Shown here in pieces: positions 27,681 to 36,658 of a stretch of 64,000 nt of DNA. Each line of letters opens with the position of its first letter. The stretch's first letter is position 1. This DNA is from Chloroflexia bacterium (GTDB taxonomy: Bacteria; Chloroflexota; Chloroflexia; Thermomicrobiales; CADCWN01). Position numbers and translations under genes: made by a program. The stretch is from positions 2,610-66,609 of the forward strand of contig JBDHWF010000002.1 of NCBI GenBank assembly GCA_039810045.1. The letters run 5' to 3'. The notes under the pieces are model-generated. The model did not search any database, had not been told where the DNA came from, and worked only from the letters and a program-made list of their open reading frames with translations.

Positions 27681-28654
27681 GCCAGCAGCAAGCAGGGGTG
27701 TCGGCAGTGCCGACACCCCTGCTCGTTGACGTTGATACTGGCTATGATGACGCCCTGGCTCTGCTATTGGCGTTGTTATCGCCCACGGCGAACGTGTTGG
27801 GAATCACCTGTGTGGCGGGGAATCATAGCCTCGATCAGGTAGTAGACAATACATTGCGTATCCTTGATCTGGCGAAGGCCCCGCCGATTCCCGTGGCGAT
27901 TGGGATGGCTCAGCCGTTGATCGAGACGCATCGCGAACCGTCGTTACTGCACGGACGCGATGGGATGGCTGACACTGGTTTATCACGCTCAGCGCGACAA
28001 CCAGTCGCTGAACACGCGGTGGAGTTGATGCGGCAGATTGTCGCCACGCACTCGGAACCGATCACGCTGGTTGCGCTGGCTCCGCTGACGAATATCGCCG
28101 CCTTTCTTCGTATCTACCCCGCCCTGGCTGCAAAATTGGCGCGAATTGTGGTGATGGGTGGTACCTATCTTTCGCACGGGAATAGTTCGCCCCTGGCCGA
28201 GTTCAATATCCGGCAAGATCCCGAAGCTGCGGCGATTGTGCTAGAAAGCGGGCTGCCAATCACCCTCTATCCGCTCGATCCTTTCCGCCAACTGATGTTG
28301 TCGCAGGCGGAGATCGCGGCGTTGCAGGCCAATGCCGCGCCAATCCCGCAGATCGTTGGCACGATTACCGATTACGTGGCGCGCTATCTCAAGCGCGATG
28401 CCTGCGCGATTGGCGATGCGGGAGCAATGGCGATCGCCCTTGATGCGACGCACGCGACGCTGGAACGCTACCCGATCACGGTAGAGTTGACTGGCGCGGC
28501 TACCCGTGGGCAAACTGTGCTGGATCGGCGCACGGCAAGCCAACAGGCGGGCCTGACTGAGTGGTGGACAACGGCGGTTGCCGCCGTCGATGTGGTCACT
28601 GCGGTTGATGTTGCGTATTACAAAGCCCTCTTCCTGCGGGCAATCGGTGCCTAA
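27677..28654 (+). CDS. inosine-uridine-preferring nucleoside hydrolase family protein
   Basis: N-terminal LLVDVDTGYDDALALLLAL (DxDxxxDD Ca-binding motif). GTG 27677 overlaps the SBP stop (GTGA). Confidence 0.85.
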   Translation: MSQQQAGVSAVPTPLLVDVDTGYDDALALLLALLSPTANVLGITCVAGNHSLDQVVDNTLRILDLAKAPPIPVAIGMAQPLIETHREPSLLHGRDGMADTGLSRSARQPVAEHAVELMRQIVATHSEPITLVALAPLTNIAAFLRIYPALAAKLARIVVMGGTYLSHGNSSPLAEFNIRQDPEAAAIVLESGLPITLYPLDPFRQLMLSQAEIAALQANAAPIPQIVGTITDYVARYLKRDACAIGDAGAMAIALDATHATLERYPITVELTGAATRGQTVLDRRTASQQAGLTEWWTTAVAAVDVVTAVDVAYYKALFLRAIGA

Positions 28655-28684
28655 GCAGCGATCTGCCTGTGGGGCAGGAAGGAA

Positions 28685-30466
28685 ATGAGGATGGCCGAAA
28701 CTGTGCCGAATAGATCGGCAACCCGTCAGAGGCTGGTTGAGGCGGCGCGGGGCGACCGCCCATTGGATCTTGTGATCCAGGGCGGCAAGCTGCTCAACGT
28801 CTATACCGGGGAAACATACCTGGCGGATATTGGGATTGTCGGCGAGCGGATCGCCGTCATTGATCCAGGGTCACAGTGGGGGCTGACTGCCCCGACGAAG
28901 ATTGACGCAACCGGGCTGACTGCGATCCCTGGCTTTGTCGATACGCACGTTCATATCGAATCGACGATGGTAACGCCACCGAACTTTGCCCGTGGTGTTC
29001 TGCCTTTCGGTACGACCACCGTCGTGATCGACCCGCACGAAATCGGCAACGTCAGCGGACGGGCTGGGGTTGAATATATGTTGCAGGCGAGCGCCGGGTT
29101 GCCACTGCGGGTCTATGCCACGGTGCCATCAAGTGTGCCAGCGGTGCCAGCAGTGGAGACAGCAGGGGCGGAGTTTGCCGCCCCAGAGATCGCGGAGATG
29201 CTGACCTGGCCGCGGATGCTCGGTGTCGCCGAATTGATGGATTACCCCGGTGTTGTGCAGCAGGAGCCACGTACAGCGGCGATTGTTGAAGCGGGGTTGA
29301 CGAGTGGCAAGCGCCTGGAAGGGCATTGCCCGTTGCTGGCAGGGCGCGAGTTAGCCGCCTATCTCGCTGCTGGGGTGGACTCTGACCACGAGTGCCGTGG
29401 CCCCGAAGAAATGGTCGAGAAACTCCGCGCTGGGATGTGGGTCTACGGGCGCGAGAATACCTTTCGGCATACAGCGGCCTATCTTGCGCAGGCGGTACAA
29501 GCTGTGCCACTCCCCTGGAATGTCGCCCTTTGCACCGACGATATTGATCCAGATGATTTGTTGCAGCATGGGCATATGGATCGGGGCGTGCGGGTGCTGA
29601 TCGCCAATGGGGTTGACCCCGCGCTGGCTGTGCGGATCGCCACGCTGAACGGGGCGACGCGCTATGGATTACACGATCTTGGCGCAATCGCCGTGGGCAA
29701 GCTGGCGGATATTGTGCTGGTGGAGTCACTGGCTGATCTGCGGGCGGCAGTCGTGATTGCAGGCGGCAATATTGTTGCCCACAACGGCGAATTGCTTGCC
29801 GCCTTTGCCGATCCAGTGCCGCCACCAGTGGAAAATAGCGTACGCCTGGGTACGACAATTTCAGCGGAAAACTTTCGCCCCACTGGTGGCGGTCACAATG
29901 GCACGCTGACCCTGCCAGTGATCGCGATGGACCCGATCCGTACAACAACCCTGGCCGAGATCGAGCTACGCTTTGCTAATGGCGCGTTGGCCGAATCACT
30001 CCCTGCCGATCTGGTATTACTCAGCGTCGTGCCGCGTCATGGACAACCGCACCCGCCATCGCTGGCCTTATTGCGTGGACTACCGCTGCGCGCAGGGGCG
30101 TTAGCCACGACGATCGCCCACGATAGCCACAACCTAATCGTCGCTGGTCGCACGCCCGAAGATATGGCGGCGGCAGTGGCCGCAGTCGCGGCGAATGGCG
30201 GCGGTGCCGCGCTGGCCCGTAACGGCGAGATACTGGCAACGGTGGTGCTGGCGATTGGCGGCTTGCTCTCGACCGCGCCAATCGCCACCATCGCTGCCGA
30301 AGTGCGGGCGTTCAATGCAGTGGCGCGATCGCTGGGGCTGGCTGGGCCATCGCCAATCCTCTCGATCTCCAGCCTGGGACTCCCGGTGGCCCCCTTCTAT
30401 CGGCTGACTGATTTGGGGCTGGTCGATACGTTGCAGCAAACGTTTGTGCCCTCGCTGCTGCAATGA
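28685..30466 (+). CDS. ade: adenine deaminase
   Basis: 593 aa. Amidohydrolase metal motif IPGFVDTHVHIESTM and the domain length and order typical of Ade. The alternative ATG is at 28691. Confidence 0.85.
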   Translation: MRMAETVPNRSATRQRLVEAARGDRPLDLVIQGGKLLNVYTGETYLADIGIVGERIAVIDPGSQWGLTAPTKIDATGLTAIPGFVDTHVHIESTMVTPPNFARGVLPFGTTTVVIDPHEIGNVSGRAGVEYMLQASAGLPLRVYATVPSSVPAVPAVETAGAEFAAPEIAEMLTWPRMLGVAELMDYPGVVQQEPRTAAIVEAGLTSGKRLEGHCPLLAGRELAAYLAAGVDSDHECRGPEEMVEKLRAGMWVYGRENTFRHTAAYLAQAVQAVPLPWNVALCTDDIDPDDLLQHGHMDRGVRVLIANGVDPALAVRIATLNGATRYGLHDLGAIAVGKLADIVLVESLADLRAAVVIAGGNIVAHNGELLAAFADPVPPPVENSVRLGTTISAENFRPTGGGHNGTLTLPVIAMDPIRTTTLAEIELRFANGALAESLPADLVLLSVVPRHGQPHPPSLALLRGLPLRAGALATTIAHDSHNLIVAGRTPEDMAAAVAAVAANGGGAALARNGEILATVVLAIGGLLSTAPIATIAAEVRAFNAVARSLGLAGPSPILSISSLGLPVAPFYRLTDLGLVDTLQQTFVPSLLQ

Positions 30467-30472
30467 TAGGCA

Positions 30473-31198
30473 TTACGCCGTTGCGTAATGCCCACGATAG
30501 TACGCGCAGTGCAGCGCGAGCGGACAGCTTGGGCAGTCTGGGCGTTGGGCGTGGCAAACTTTTCGCCCATGCGTAATCATGTTGACGTGGAACTCATAGA
30601 CCTGCTCTGGTTGTAGTTGGGCTTGCAGCAAGTCGTGGGCCTTCTCCGCACTGACCTTCGGGCCGATCAGTCCAAGGCGTTTGGCGACGCGGTGGACATG
30701 GGTATCAACGGGCAAGATCGGCTGATCCAGCGCAAAGAGGAGGACACAGGAGGCTGTCTTGGGGCCAACCCCTGGTAACTGCCGTAGCCAATCACGGGCT
30801 GCCACTGGTGCCAGATCGCGCAGAAAACCCAGATCGAGCGCGCCCCGCTCGGCCTGAATTGCCGCGAGCGTTTCCTTGATTCTCTGGGCCTTCAGGTTCG
30901 CTAACCCGCCACTGCGGATCACTTCAGCCAGTGCTTCAGCGGGGGCGGCGAGCACTGCCTGCCAGCTTGGATAGGCGGCGCGTAATGCTTGATGCGCGCG
31001 GCTACTGTTGATGTCGCTGGTAGCTTGCGAGAGGATCGTCCCAATCAAACCGTCGAGCGGATCGCCCGATGGATCATTCTTGCGTACGCCATATGCCTGT
31101 TCGAGCAGCAGATAGATCTGATCCAGCAGCGAGCGCGGCGGCGTGGTGTTGCCCTGCCGCGTCGTTGCTGGGGTGATTGTTTTGCCGTGTACCTGCAT
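30473..31198 (-). CDS. nth: endonuclease III / HhH-GPD DNA glycosylase with [4Fe-4S] cluster loop
   Basis: HhH motif (LPGVGPKTASCVLLFAL), catalytic-region VDTHVHRV and the Cys cluster CHAQRPDCPSCPLALHC. Trimmed to ATG 31198 so it does not overlap the upstream gene. The ORF track start is 31429. Confidence 0.85.
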   Translation of the reverse strand: MQVHGKTITPATTRQGNTTPPRSLLDQIYLLLEQAYGVRKNDPSGDPLDGLIGTILSQATSDINSSRAHQALRAAYPSWQAVLAAPAEALAEVIRSGGLANLKAQRIKETLAAIQAERGALDLGFLRDLAPVAARDWLRQLPGVGPKTASCVLLFALDQPILPVDTHVHRVAKRLGLIGPKVSAEKAHDLLQAQLQPEQVYEFHVNMITHGRKVCHAQRPDCPSCPLALHCAYYRGHYATA

Positions 31199-31205
31199 TT
31201 GTGCG

Positions 31206-33629
31206 CTACTCTCCAGCCTCGTCCACAGCCCCTTTCGCTTCTTTAGGCAGTTCAACGGCGGCATCAGCCCCACTCGCCAGCACTTCGGGCGCTTCGGGCG
31301 CTGTCGTTTCGGGGGTGATCGGGTCGGCAGTTGGCGCGATTTCGGTAGCTGATTTGGTAAATACAAGCCCTGTCCCACCTTCGGCGGGAGCATCTGCCTG
31401 TAAGGTATCGCCAAACGTGAATGCGCCATCGGTCAGGCCATCAACAATGGGGTCTTGTACAAAGTCTTGCACGATTCGGCGAATTGGCCGAGCGCCAAAC
31501 TCCGGCTGCGTATTCTGATCGAGTAGCCACTCTTTCGCCGCTGCGGTTAGGGAGAGTTGCAGCCCAGATGAGGCCGCCATCCCATAGACTTTGGTCAGGC
31601 TCAGGTCGAGAATCTGGCCCAATTGCTCGCGACTCAATGGGGTAAAGGTGATGATCTTGTCGATGCGATTCAGAAACTCCGGGCGGAAGTGTGAGCGCAG
31701 CACATCGTCGATCTGCTCGCGGGTCTCCTCTGGCAATGCCTCACCCGCGTGGTCGGTCCCTTCCGCCAGGATATATTCGGTGCCAAGGTTTGAGGTCATA
31801 ATGATGATCGTGTTGCGGAAGTCGATCCGGCGGCCCCGGCTATCGGTCAGCCAGCCATCATCGAGGATCTGCAAGAACAGGTTATACACGTCGGGGTGGC
31901 CCTTCTCGACCTCATCAAAGAGCACCACCGAACTTGGTTTGCGGCGTACCTGCTCGGTGAGTTGGCCCCCCTCATCGTAGCCAACGTAGCCAGGAGGCGC
32001 CCCAACCAACCGCGCAACCGTATGCTTCTCGCCATACTCCGACATATCGATCCGCACAATCGCGTCCTCGGTGCCAAAGAGGAACTCAGCCAGGGCACGA
32101 GCGGCTTCTGTTTTGCCGACCCCGCTTGGCCCGAGAAAGAGGAACGAGCCAATCGGGCGCTTGTTATCGCGGAAACCAGCGCGGGCGCGACGATAGGCGC
32201 GGCTGATCGCCGCAATCGCCTCGTCCTGACCGATCACCCGCTTGTGCAGTTCTTCTTCCATCCGCGCCAGCCGTTCGCGCTCTGGCCCCACCATCTGGCC
32301 GACTGGCACACCGCTCATTGCGCCGACTGCGGCGGCAACATCACTGGCGTTGACGACGGGATCAGGGGCGACACCGTCAGTGCGCAGTTCTGGCACACTG
32401 GCCCCAGCCAGTTGCACCAGCACGCAGGCCCGCTCAATTGCGGCTAATGCTGTCGATGGTAGCGCCCCTGGCAGATATTGCTTGGCCAGGGCGGGCGCCG
32501 CGCTGAGGGCATCGGGGGCAAAGGTGAGCCTATATTCTTTCTCAAACGCTGGTCGGTGCAGAGTGAGGATTTCCAGGGTTTCCTGTACGGTTGGCGGCTC
32601 AAATTGCAGTGGGGCTGCCGCCTCATTCAGCAAGGTATCGTTTTCCAGCCACTTGTTGTAGGCCGGCGCAGAAGTCGTCCCGATCAGGCGCAGGCGTTTG
32701 TCCGTCAGGGCAGTGCGAATTGCCATACCCGCTTCGGTGTAGCCTGGGAACGTCCCACCGCCGAAAAAGAGCGGGAGGTCGGGGATCAGCAGAATCCCCC
32801 CATCGGCAACCCGCAACGCCATCTCGATATTGGCTTCCGGGTTTCCTAGCATCGCCGCTGGCTGGAGTGCCCAGATTCCTTTCCCCAGTCCGCTGGGCAA
32901 CTGATCGCGGGCGGCGAGTTGCGCCAGCGCAGAAACGAGGCTGCGCCGCCCTGACCCTGGCTCACCGATCAGTAGCACACTGTTGCGGCGGCGTTGGAGC
33001 AAAATGTTGACCAGTTCGCGTAGTGGCGCAGTGCGCTCAAAGACGCGTACCCAGGTCAACCCCTTCGCCATCGCCACCAGATCCGCGACAATCGTGGTAT
33101 TCCCTTCCCCAGCAATCGAGCCTTTGCCACCGTTGATCTGAGTCAGGGCTTCGCTGATCTGTTCGGTGGTGATGTTGAAGCGCTTCAGAATCGCGCTCGC
33201 GGGGCCTTCAACGGCGACGAGTGCCGCGAGTAGGTGATCGGTGCCGACCCAGGCCAGCCGATAGTTGTCGGCAATAATCCTGGCGCGGTCGAGAATCAGC
33301 GCAAGATTTGTGGAGAGCGGCACTGGCTCACCACCATCGGCCTCAAAAAAGAGATCGGAGGGTGGGGTGTTATTGGGTAGGTTGAGGTAATTCTCGGCAG
33401 CAGTGCGCAGGGCGAAAATATCGACCCCGAAGTGCTGCAAAATCTTATTGGCGTTGCCATCGGTCTGGTTGAGCAAGGCGAGCAACAATTGTTCGCTATT
33501 CACCGCCGCGGCTTTGTAGCGCCGCCCGATGATCACGGCCATATTTAATGCCCGAATGGCGGAAACTGAGAAGGTGTGGAGATCAAGGGTATTGGCAAGA
33601 GTTGGCTGCATATGCGCGTATCCAGTCAT
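31206..33629 (-). CDS. Clp/Hsp100-family AAA+ protein with double Clp_N repeat, degenerate NBD1 and intact NBD2
   Basis: Two Clp_N repeats (EQLLLALLNQTDGNANKILQHFG; TDHLLAALVAVEGPASAILKRF). NBD1 has GEPGSGRRS and ILLIPDLP in place of GEPGVGKT and IDELH. NBD2 is canonical (FLGPSGVGKTE, VVLFDEVEKGHPDVYNLFLQILDDG, IIIMTSNLG). The start is uncertain among 33629, 33611 and 33731. Confidence 0.8.
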   Translation of the reverse strand: MTGYAHMQPTLANTLDLHTFSVSAIRALNMAVIIGRRYKAAAVNSEQLLLALLNQTDGNANKILQHFGVDIFALRTAAENYLNLPNNTPPSDLFFEADGGEPVPLSTNLALILDRARIIADNYRLAWVGTDHLLAALVAVEGPASAILKRFNITTEQISEALTQINGGKGSIAGEGNTTIVADLVAMAKGLTWVRVFERTAPLRELVNILLQRRRNSVLLIGEPGSGRRSLVSALAQLAARDQLPSGLGKGIWALQPAAMLGNPEANIEMALRVADGGILLIPDLPLFFGGGTFPGYTEAGMAIRTALTDKRLRLIGTTSAPAYNKWLENDTLLNEAAAPLQFEPPTVQETLEILTLHRPAFEKEYRLTFAPDALSAAPALAKQYLPGALPSTALAAIERACVLVQLAGASVPELRTDGVAPDPVVNASDVAAAVGAMSGVPVGQMVGPERERLARMEEELHKRVIGQDEAIAAISRAYRRARAGFRDNKRPIGSFLFLGPSGVGKTEAARALAEFLFGTEDAIVRIDMSEYGEKHTVARLVGAPPGYVGYDEGGQLTEQVRRKPSSVVLFDEVEKGHPDVYNLFLQILDDGWLTDSRGRRIDFRNTIIIMTSNLGTEYILAEGTDHAGEALPEETREQIDDVLRSHFRPEFLNRIDKIITFTPLSREQLGQILDLSLTKVYGMAASSGLQLSLTAAAKEWLLDQNTQPEFGARPIRRIVQDFVQDPIVDGLTDGAFTFGDTLQADAPAEGGTGLVFTKSATEIAPTADPITPETTAPEAPEVLASGADAAVELPKEAKGAVDEAGE

Positions 33630-33732
33630 CACTAGCTCTGGCAAAGCACGCTGGCCTTGCCAGAGGGCAAATCGATCCGTTCGCAGTCGTCTGACGTAGT
33701 ATGCAGACGACCGGGTCATACTTACGGCCAAT

Positions 33733-33763
33733 ATCGTGCAGCGGTGTCCCTACCCTGCACGAT
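33733..33763 (-). terminator. weak terminator-like hairpin downstream of cdd
   Basis: 9-bp stem atcgtgcag / ctgcacgat with a 13-nt loop. No clear U-tract. Confidence 0.3.
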
Positions 33764-33868
33764 AGAGCGTCAATAGTATATCAGGCTGGCTATGGCTGGG
33801 GTGGATGATGCGCCACACAAGCGGCTTGCGCGCAGTGTTATCCGCGCCATTGATGGATGGGCGGCAGC

Positions 33869-34315
33869 TTACCACGGCCCAAAGGCGTTGGGGAGCAGGT
33901 CGGAGAGGGTGAAGAGTTGCCGTTCGCCACGCAGGTTTTCGCAGATAACCTGGCAGTTTGGGCCAAACTCCGCGATCACTTGCCGACAGCCGCCACAGGG
34001 GGTTGGCGGTTGTTGCCCTTTGGCGACAACAGCGATGGCCCGGATCGCTGGGCCACCACGCGCAGAACCAAGGAGGCCAGCGGCGCGGGCGGTAAAGATC
34101 GCTGTCCGTTCGGCGCAGTTCGTCAGACCATAGGCGATATTTTCGACGTTGCAGCCACTGACGATCTCGCCCGCCGTTGTGAGCAACGCTGCGCCAACCC
34201 GAAATTGGGAATATGGAGCGTAGGCGCGTTCACGGGCAGCGCGGGCGGCGGCGACCAGCGCGGTAATTTCGGCAGCACTGAGTGGGTTGGTCGCTGGCTG
34301 GGGGCGTTTTGTCAT
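33869..34315 (-). CDS. cdd: cytidine deaminase
   Basis: Zinc motifs CAERTAIF and PCGGCRQVIAEF, and N-terminal YAPYSQFRVGAALL. ATG 34315 follows AAGGAG. Confidence 0.88.
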   Translation of the reverse strand: MTKRPQPATNPLSAAEITALVAAARAARERAYAPYSQFRVGAALLTTAGEIVSGCNVENIAYGLTNCAERTAIFTARAAGLLGSARGGPAIRAIAVVAKGQQPPTPCGGCRQVIAEFGPNCQVICENLRGERQLFTLSDLLPNAFGPW

Positions 34316-34417
34316 CGGCGTCTGGCTCCTTGGTTGGGGCGATCCCCTCGGCACAGTGCGGGCAGGAGGAATGGGTTCTCCTGCCCGCACATTTGCCTAC
34401 TGACGAACGAGAACGCC

Positions 34418-36391
34418 CTAGCGACTCCAGTCGGCGATATTCCAGTAGTCAGTGTCATATGGGGACACGTTGACCCCTTTCAAGGTCTTGATCCGGCCAA
34501 TGACGCTCTTGCGGGCAACCAGCGGAATATGCGCGATATCTTTGACGACAATATCGTTCATCTGGATAAAGAGTTGCGCCCGTTTGTTCTCATCAAGCTC
34601 GACCAATGCCTGGTCGAAGAGCTTGTCGTATTCGGGGTTTGAGTAGCGGCCAACGTTCGAGAGTGACCAGCTGTTTGCTTTCTGGTTAATATATTTGGTG
34701 TGATAGTTTCGCATATACGATTGCGGGTCAATGCTGTAGGTTGAGGCGTATAGCTCGGCATCGGCATAGAGCTTGGTGAGCGTATCGGGGTTGCCTGCAT
34801 CGGAGGCGAAGAAGACGGCGGAGTCGATCGCTTTCAGTTCGGTTTTGACCCCCAGTTTCTCCCAGCCATCTTTGATGATCTGCTGGGTCTTCTGGCGTAC
34901 ATCGTTCACCGAGGTTTGGAAGACCATCGCCATCTGCACGCTGCCCTTGGCTCGTATGCCACCGGCCCCCTTCGTCCAGCCTGCCCCATCCAGCAGCGCC
35001 GCCGCTTTTTCAATACTGTACTCGGCGGTATTTGCTTTCGAGCGGAACTGTGGCGGCTCGTCCAGCAGATTGATCCCAATATCACCACCGCGTCCGTAGA
35101 GGCTTTGGACAATCGCATTACGATCAGAGGCCAGGGCGAGCGCCTGCCGTACCTTCAGATCACTGAGGAACGGATGGGGGAAATTGACTGAGGAACGTTC
35201 CCCGGTGGCGGGGTCCTCCTTATTGGGATCGGTGAAGTTCAGGGCAATCCGTTCGCAGCCGAGCGCCGGAATGAATTCTGCCACGCCCTTCCCGTTCTGC
35301 TCCAATTGCTTCAAGACCGTGTCAGTCACTTGGAGGTTCCAAGCGTAGTCATAATCGCCAGTTTGCAGCACGGCCCGGGCGGATGAGGCCGAGTCACCAC
35401 CGCCCTTAATCTCCAGCTTATCGAAGAAGGGCTTATTCGCCTCGCGGTAGTTCTCATTGATCACCAGGCTAACGGTGTCCCCTGGCTTGAAGTCGGTGAC
35501 TTTGTATGGTCCACTGCCGACGGGTTTGAGATTGTTGGGCGAGTTACGCGCTGGGGTGCCTTTGTCGTTCTGGAAGATATGCTTGGGGATAATCAGCGAC
35601 TGGGCTGGGCGGAACCAGATCGGATTTGGGTCAGGGAAGGTGTATTTCACTGTGAGATCATCCACCTTCTCGACCTTGCTCACGTTCTCGTAGAGTCCCA
35701 GGCTGGTCGCCGCCGTGGCCTTATCGGTCACATATTCCCAGGTGAAGACGACATCTTCGGCAGTCAGCGGGGTCCCATCGCTCCACTTCAGATCTTTCTT
35801 TAGCTTCCAGGTGACACTCTTCCCATCAGTGGCGAGCAGGTTATTCTCCTTGGAGGGGATATTCTCAGCCAGTACCAGCACTGGTTTCCCATCAGCGCCA
35901 TAGGAAACGAGCGGTTCATTGATCACCCGACAGATCAGGCTGTCCTTCACGCCGGAGGAGAGGTGATAATTGAGAATCGTTGGCGCCTGCCACTGCAAGA
36001 GTTTCAGGGTGCCACCACCACCGCGTTTCCCGGCTGGCGCAGCACTCGCGCTGGCACTCGCGCTGGCACTGGCACTGGCGGCGCGAGTCGGTGTGGCTGC
36101 GCCTGCCGCTGCTGCTGACGGTGCCGCGCTTGCTGCGGGGGCGGCAGATGGTGCCGTTGATGCTGAGGCCGCTGGAGCGGTTGAGGCCGCTGCGCTGGGA
36201 GCTGGGGCGGTGGTTGGGGGCGCTTCGGTGCCACAGGCCGCGAGGGTCGTCGCAATTACTGAGGCCGATGCGCCGGTGATCACAGCGCGGCGAATAAACT
36301 CCCGTCGCCCCAGTTGCCCCCGTTGCAAGGCCTGGGCGAGGCGGTCAAACTGGTACGGTTTCGCTTGCTCCTGGGAAGGTTGCTCGGTCAT
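34418..36391 (-). CDS. family-5 solute-binding lipoprotein, Tat signal (paralog 2)
   Basis: GRREFIRRAVITG...TLAACGT signal, an Ala/Ser/Pro linker including (AS)6, then SBP-5 blocks (LKLLQWQAP, KSVTWKLKKDLKWSDGTPLTAEDVVFTW, GSGPYKVTDFKPGD). Confidence 0.85.
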   Translation of the reverse strand: MTEQPSQEQAKPYQFDRLAQALQRGQLGRREFIRRAVITGASASVIATTLAACGTEAPPTTAPAPSAAASTAPAASASTAPSAAPAASAAPSAAAAGAATPTRAASASASASASASAAPAGKRGGGGTLKLLQWQAPTILNYHLSSGVKDSLICRVINEPLVSYGADGKPVLVLAENIPSKENNLLATDGKSVTWKLKKDLKWSDGTPLTAEDVVFTWEYVTDKATAATSLGLYENVSKVEKVDDLTVKYTFPDPNPIWFRPAQSLIIPKHIFQNDKGTPARNSPNNLKPVGSGPYKVTDFKPGDTVSLVINENYREANKPFFDKLEIKGGGDSASSARAVLQTGDYDYAWNLQVTDTVLKQLEQNGKGVAEFIPALGCERIALNFTDPNKEDPATGERSSVNFPHPFLSDLKVRQALALASDRNAIVQSLYGRGGDIGINLLDEPPQFRSKANTAEYSIEKAAALLDGAGWTKGAGGIRAKGSVQMAMVFQTSVNDVRQKTQQIIKDGWEKLGVKTELKAIDSAVFFASDAGNPDTLTKLYADAELYASTYSIDPQSYMRNYHTKYINQKANSWSLSNVGRYSNPEYDKLFDQALVELDENKRAQLFIQMNDIVVKDIAHIPLVARKSVIGRIKTLKGVNVSPYDTDYWNIADWSR

Positions 36392-36603
36392 CGGTTCCAC
36401 TCCTTTACTACTACCCTATCCACTGCTCAACGCTACGGAAGAAAGTATTCCCTGGTCATATCGCCTGACGGGATGATAGTCGTGAGTGGGATGGCAGGCC
36501 GTGATGAAGCTGAATCAGCAGGCGTTTCGCGATGGAGATTCCGTGATTGGCGCAGTATAGCAGGTCGATTTTGAGACGCAAGTGCGGGGGCTACGTGCAA
36601 CAA

Positions 36604-36634
36604 TGGTGCTGGGGAAATATTTCTCCAGCACCAT
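36604..36634 (-). terminator. terminator-like hairpin after SBP paralog 3
   Basis: tggtgctgg(gga) / (tct)ccagcacca stem with an A/T loop, lying 25 nt beyond the stop at 36659. Confidence 0.45.
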
Positions 36635-36658
36635 ACAATGCGTTGTCGCTGATTGGAC

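Noticed and set aside
31199-31429. N-terminal extensions proposed by the ORF track for nth (also the ThiO-like gene to 62900, SBP3 to 38782, the MCO to 7346 and acr3 to 50732)
   Set aside because: The extensions overlap upstream genes or add Arg/Pro-rich leaders ahead of clear signal peptides or dinucleotide folds. Internal ATG codons with good SD sequences match family-typical N-termini.
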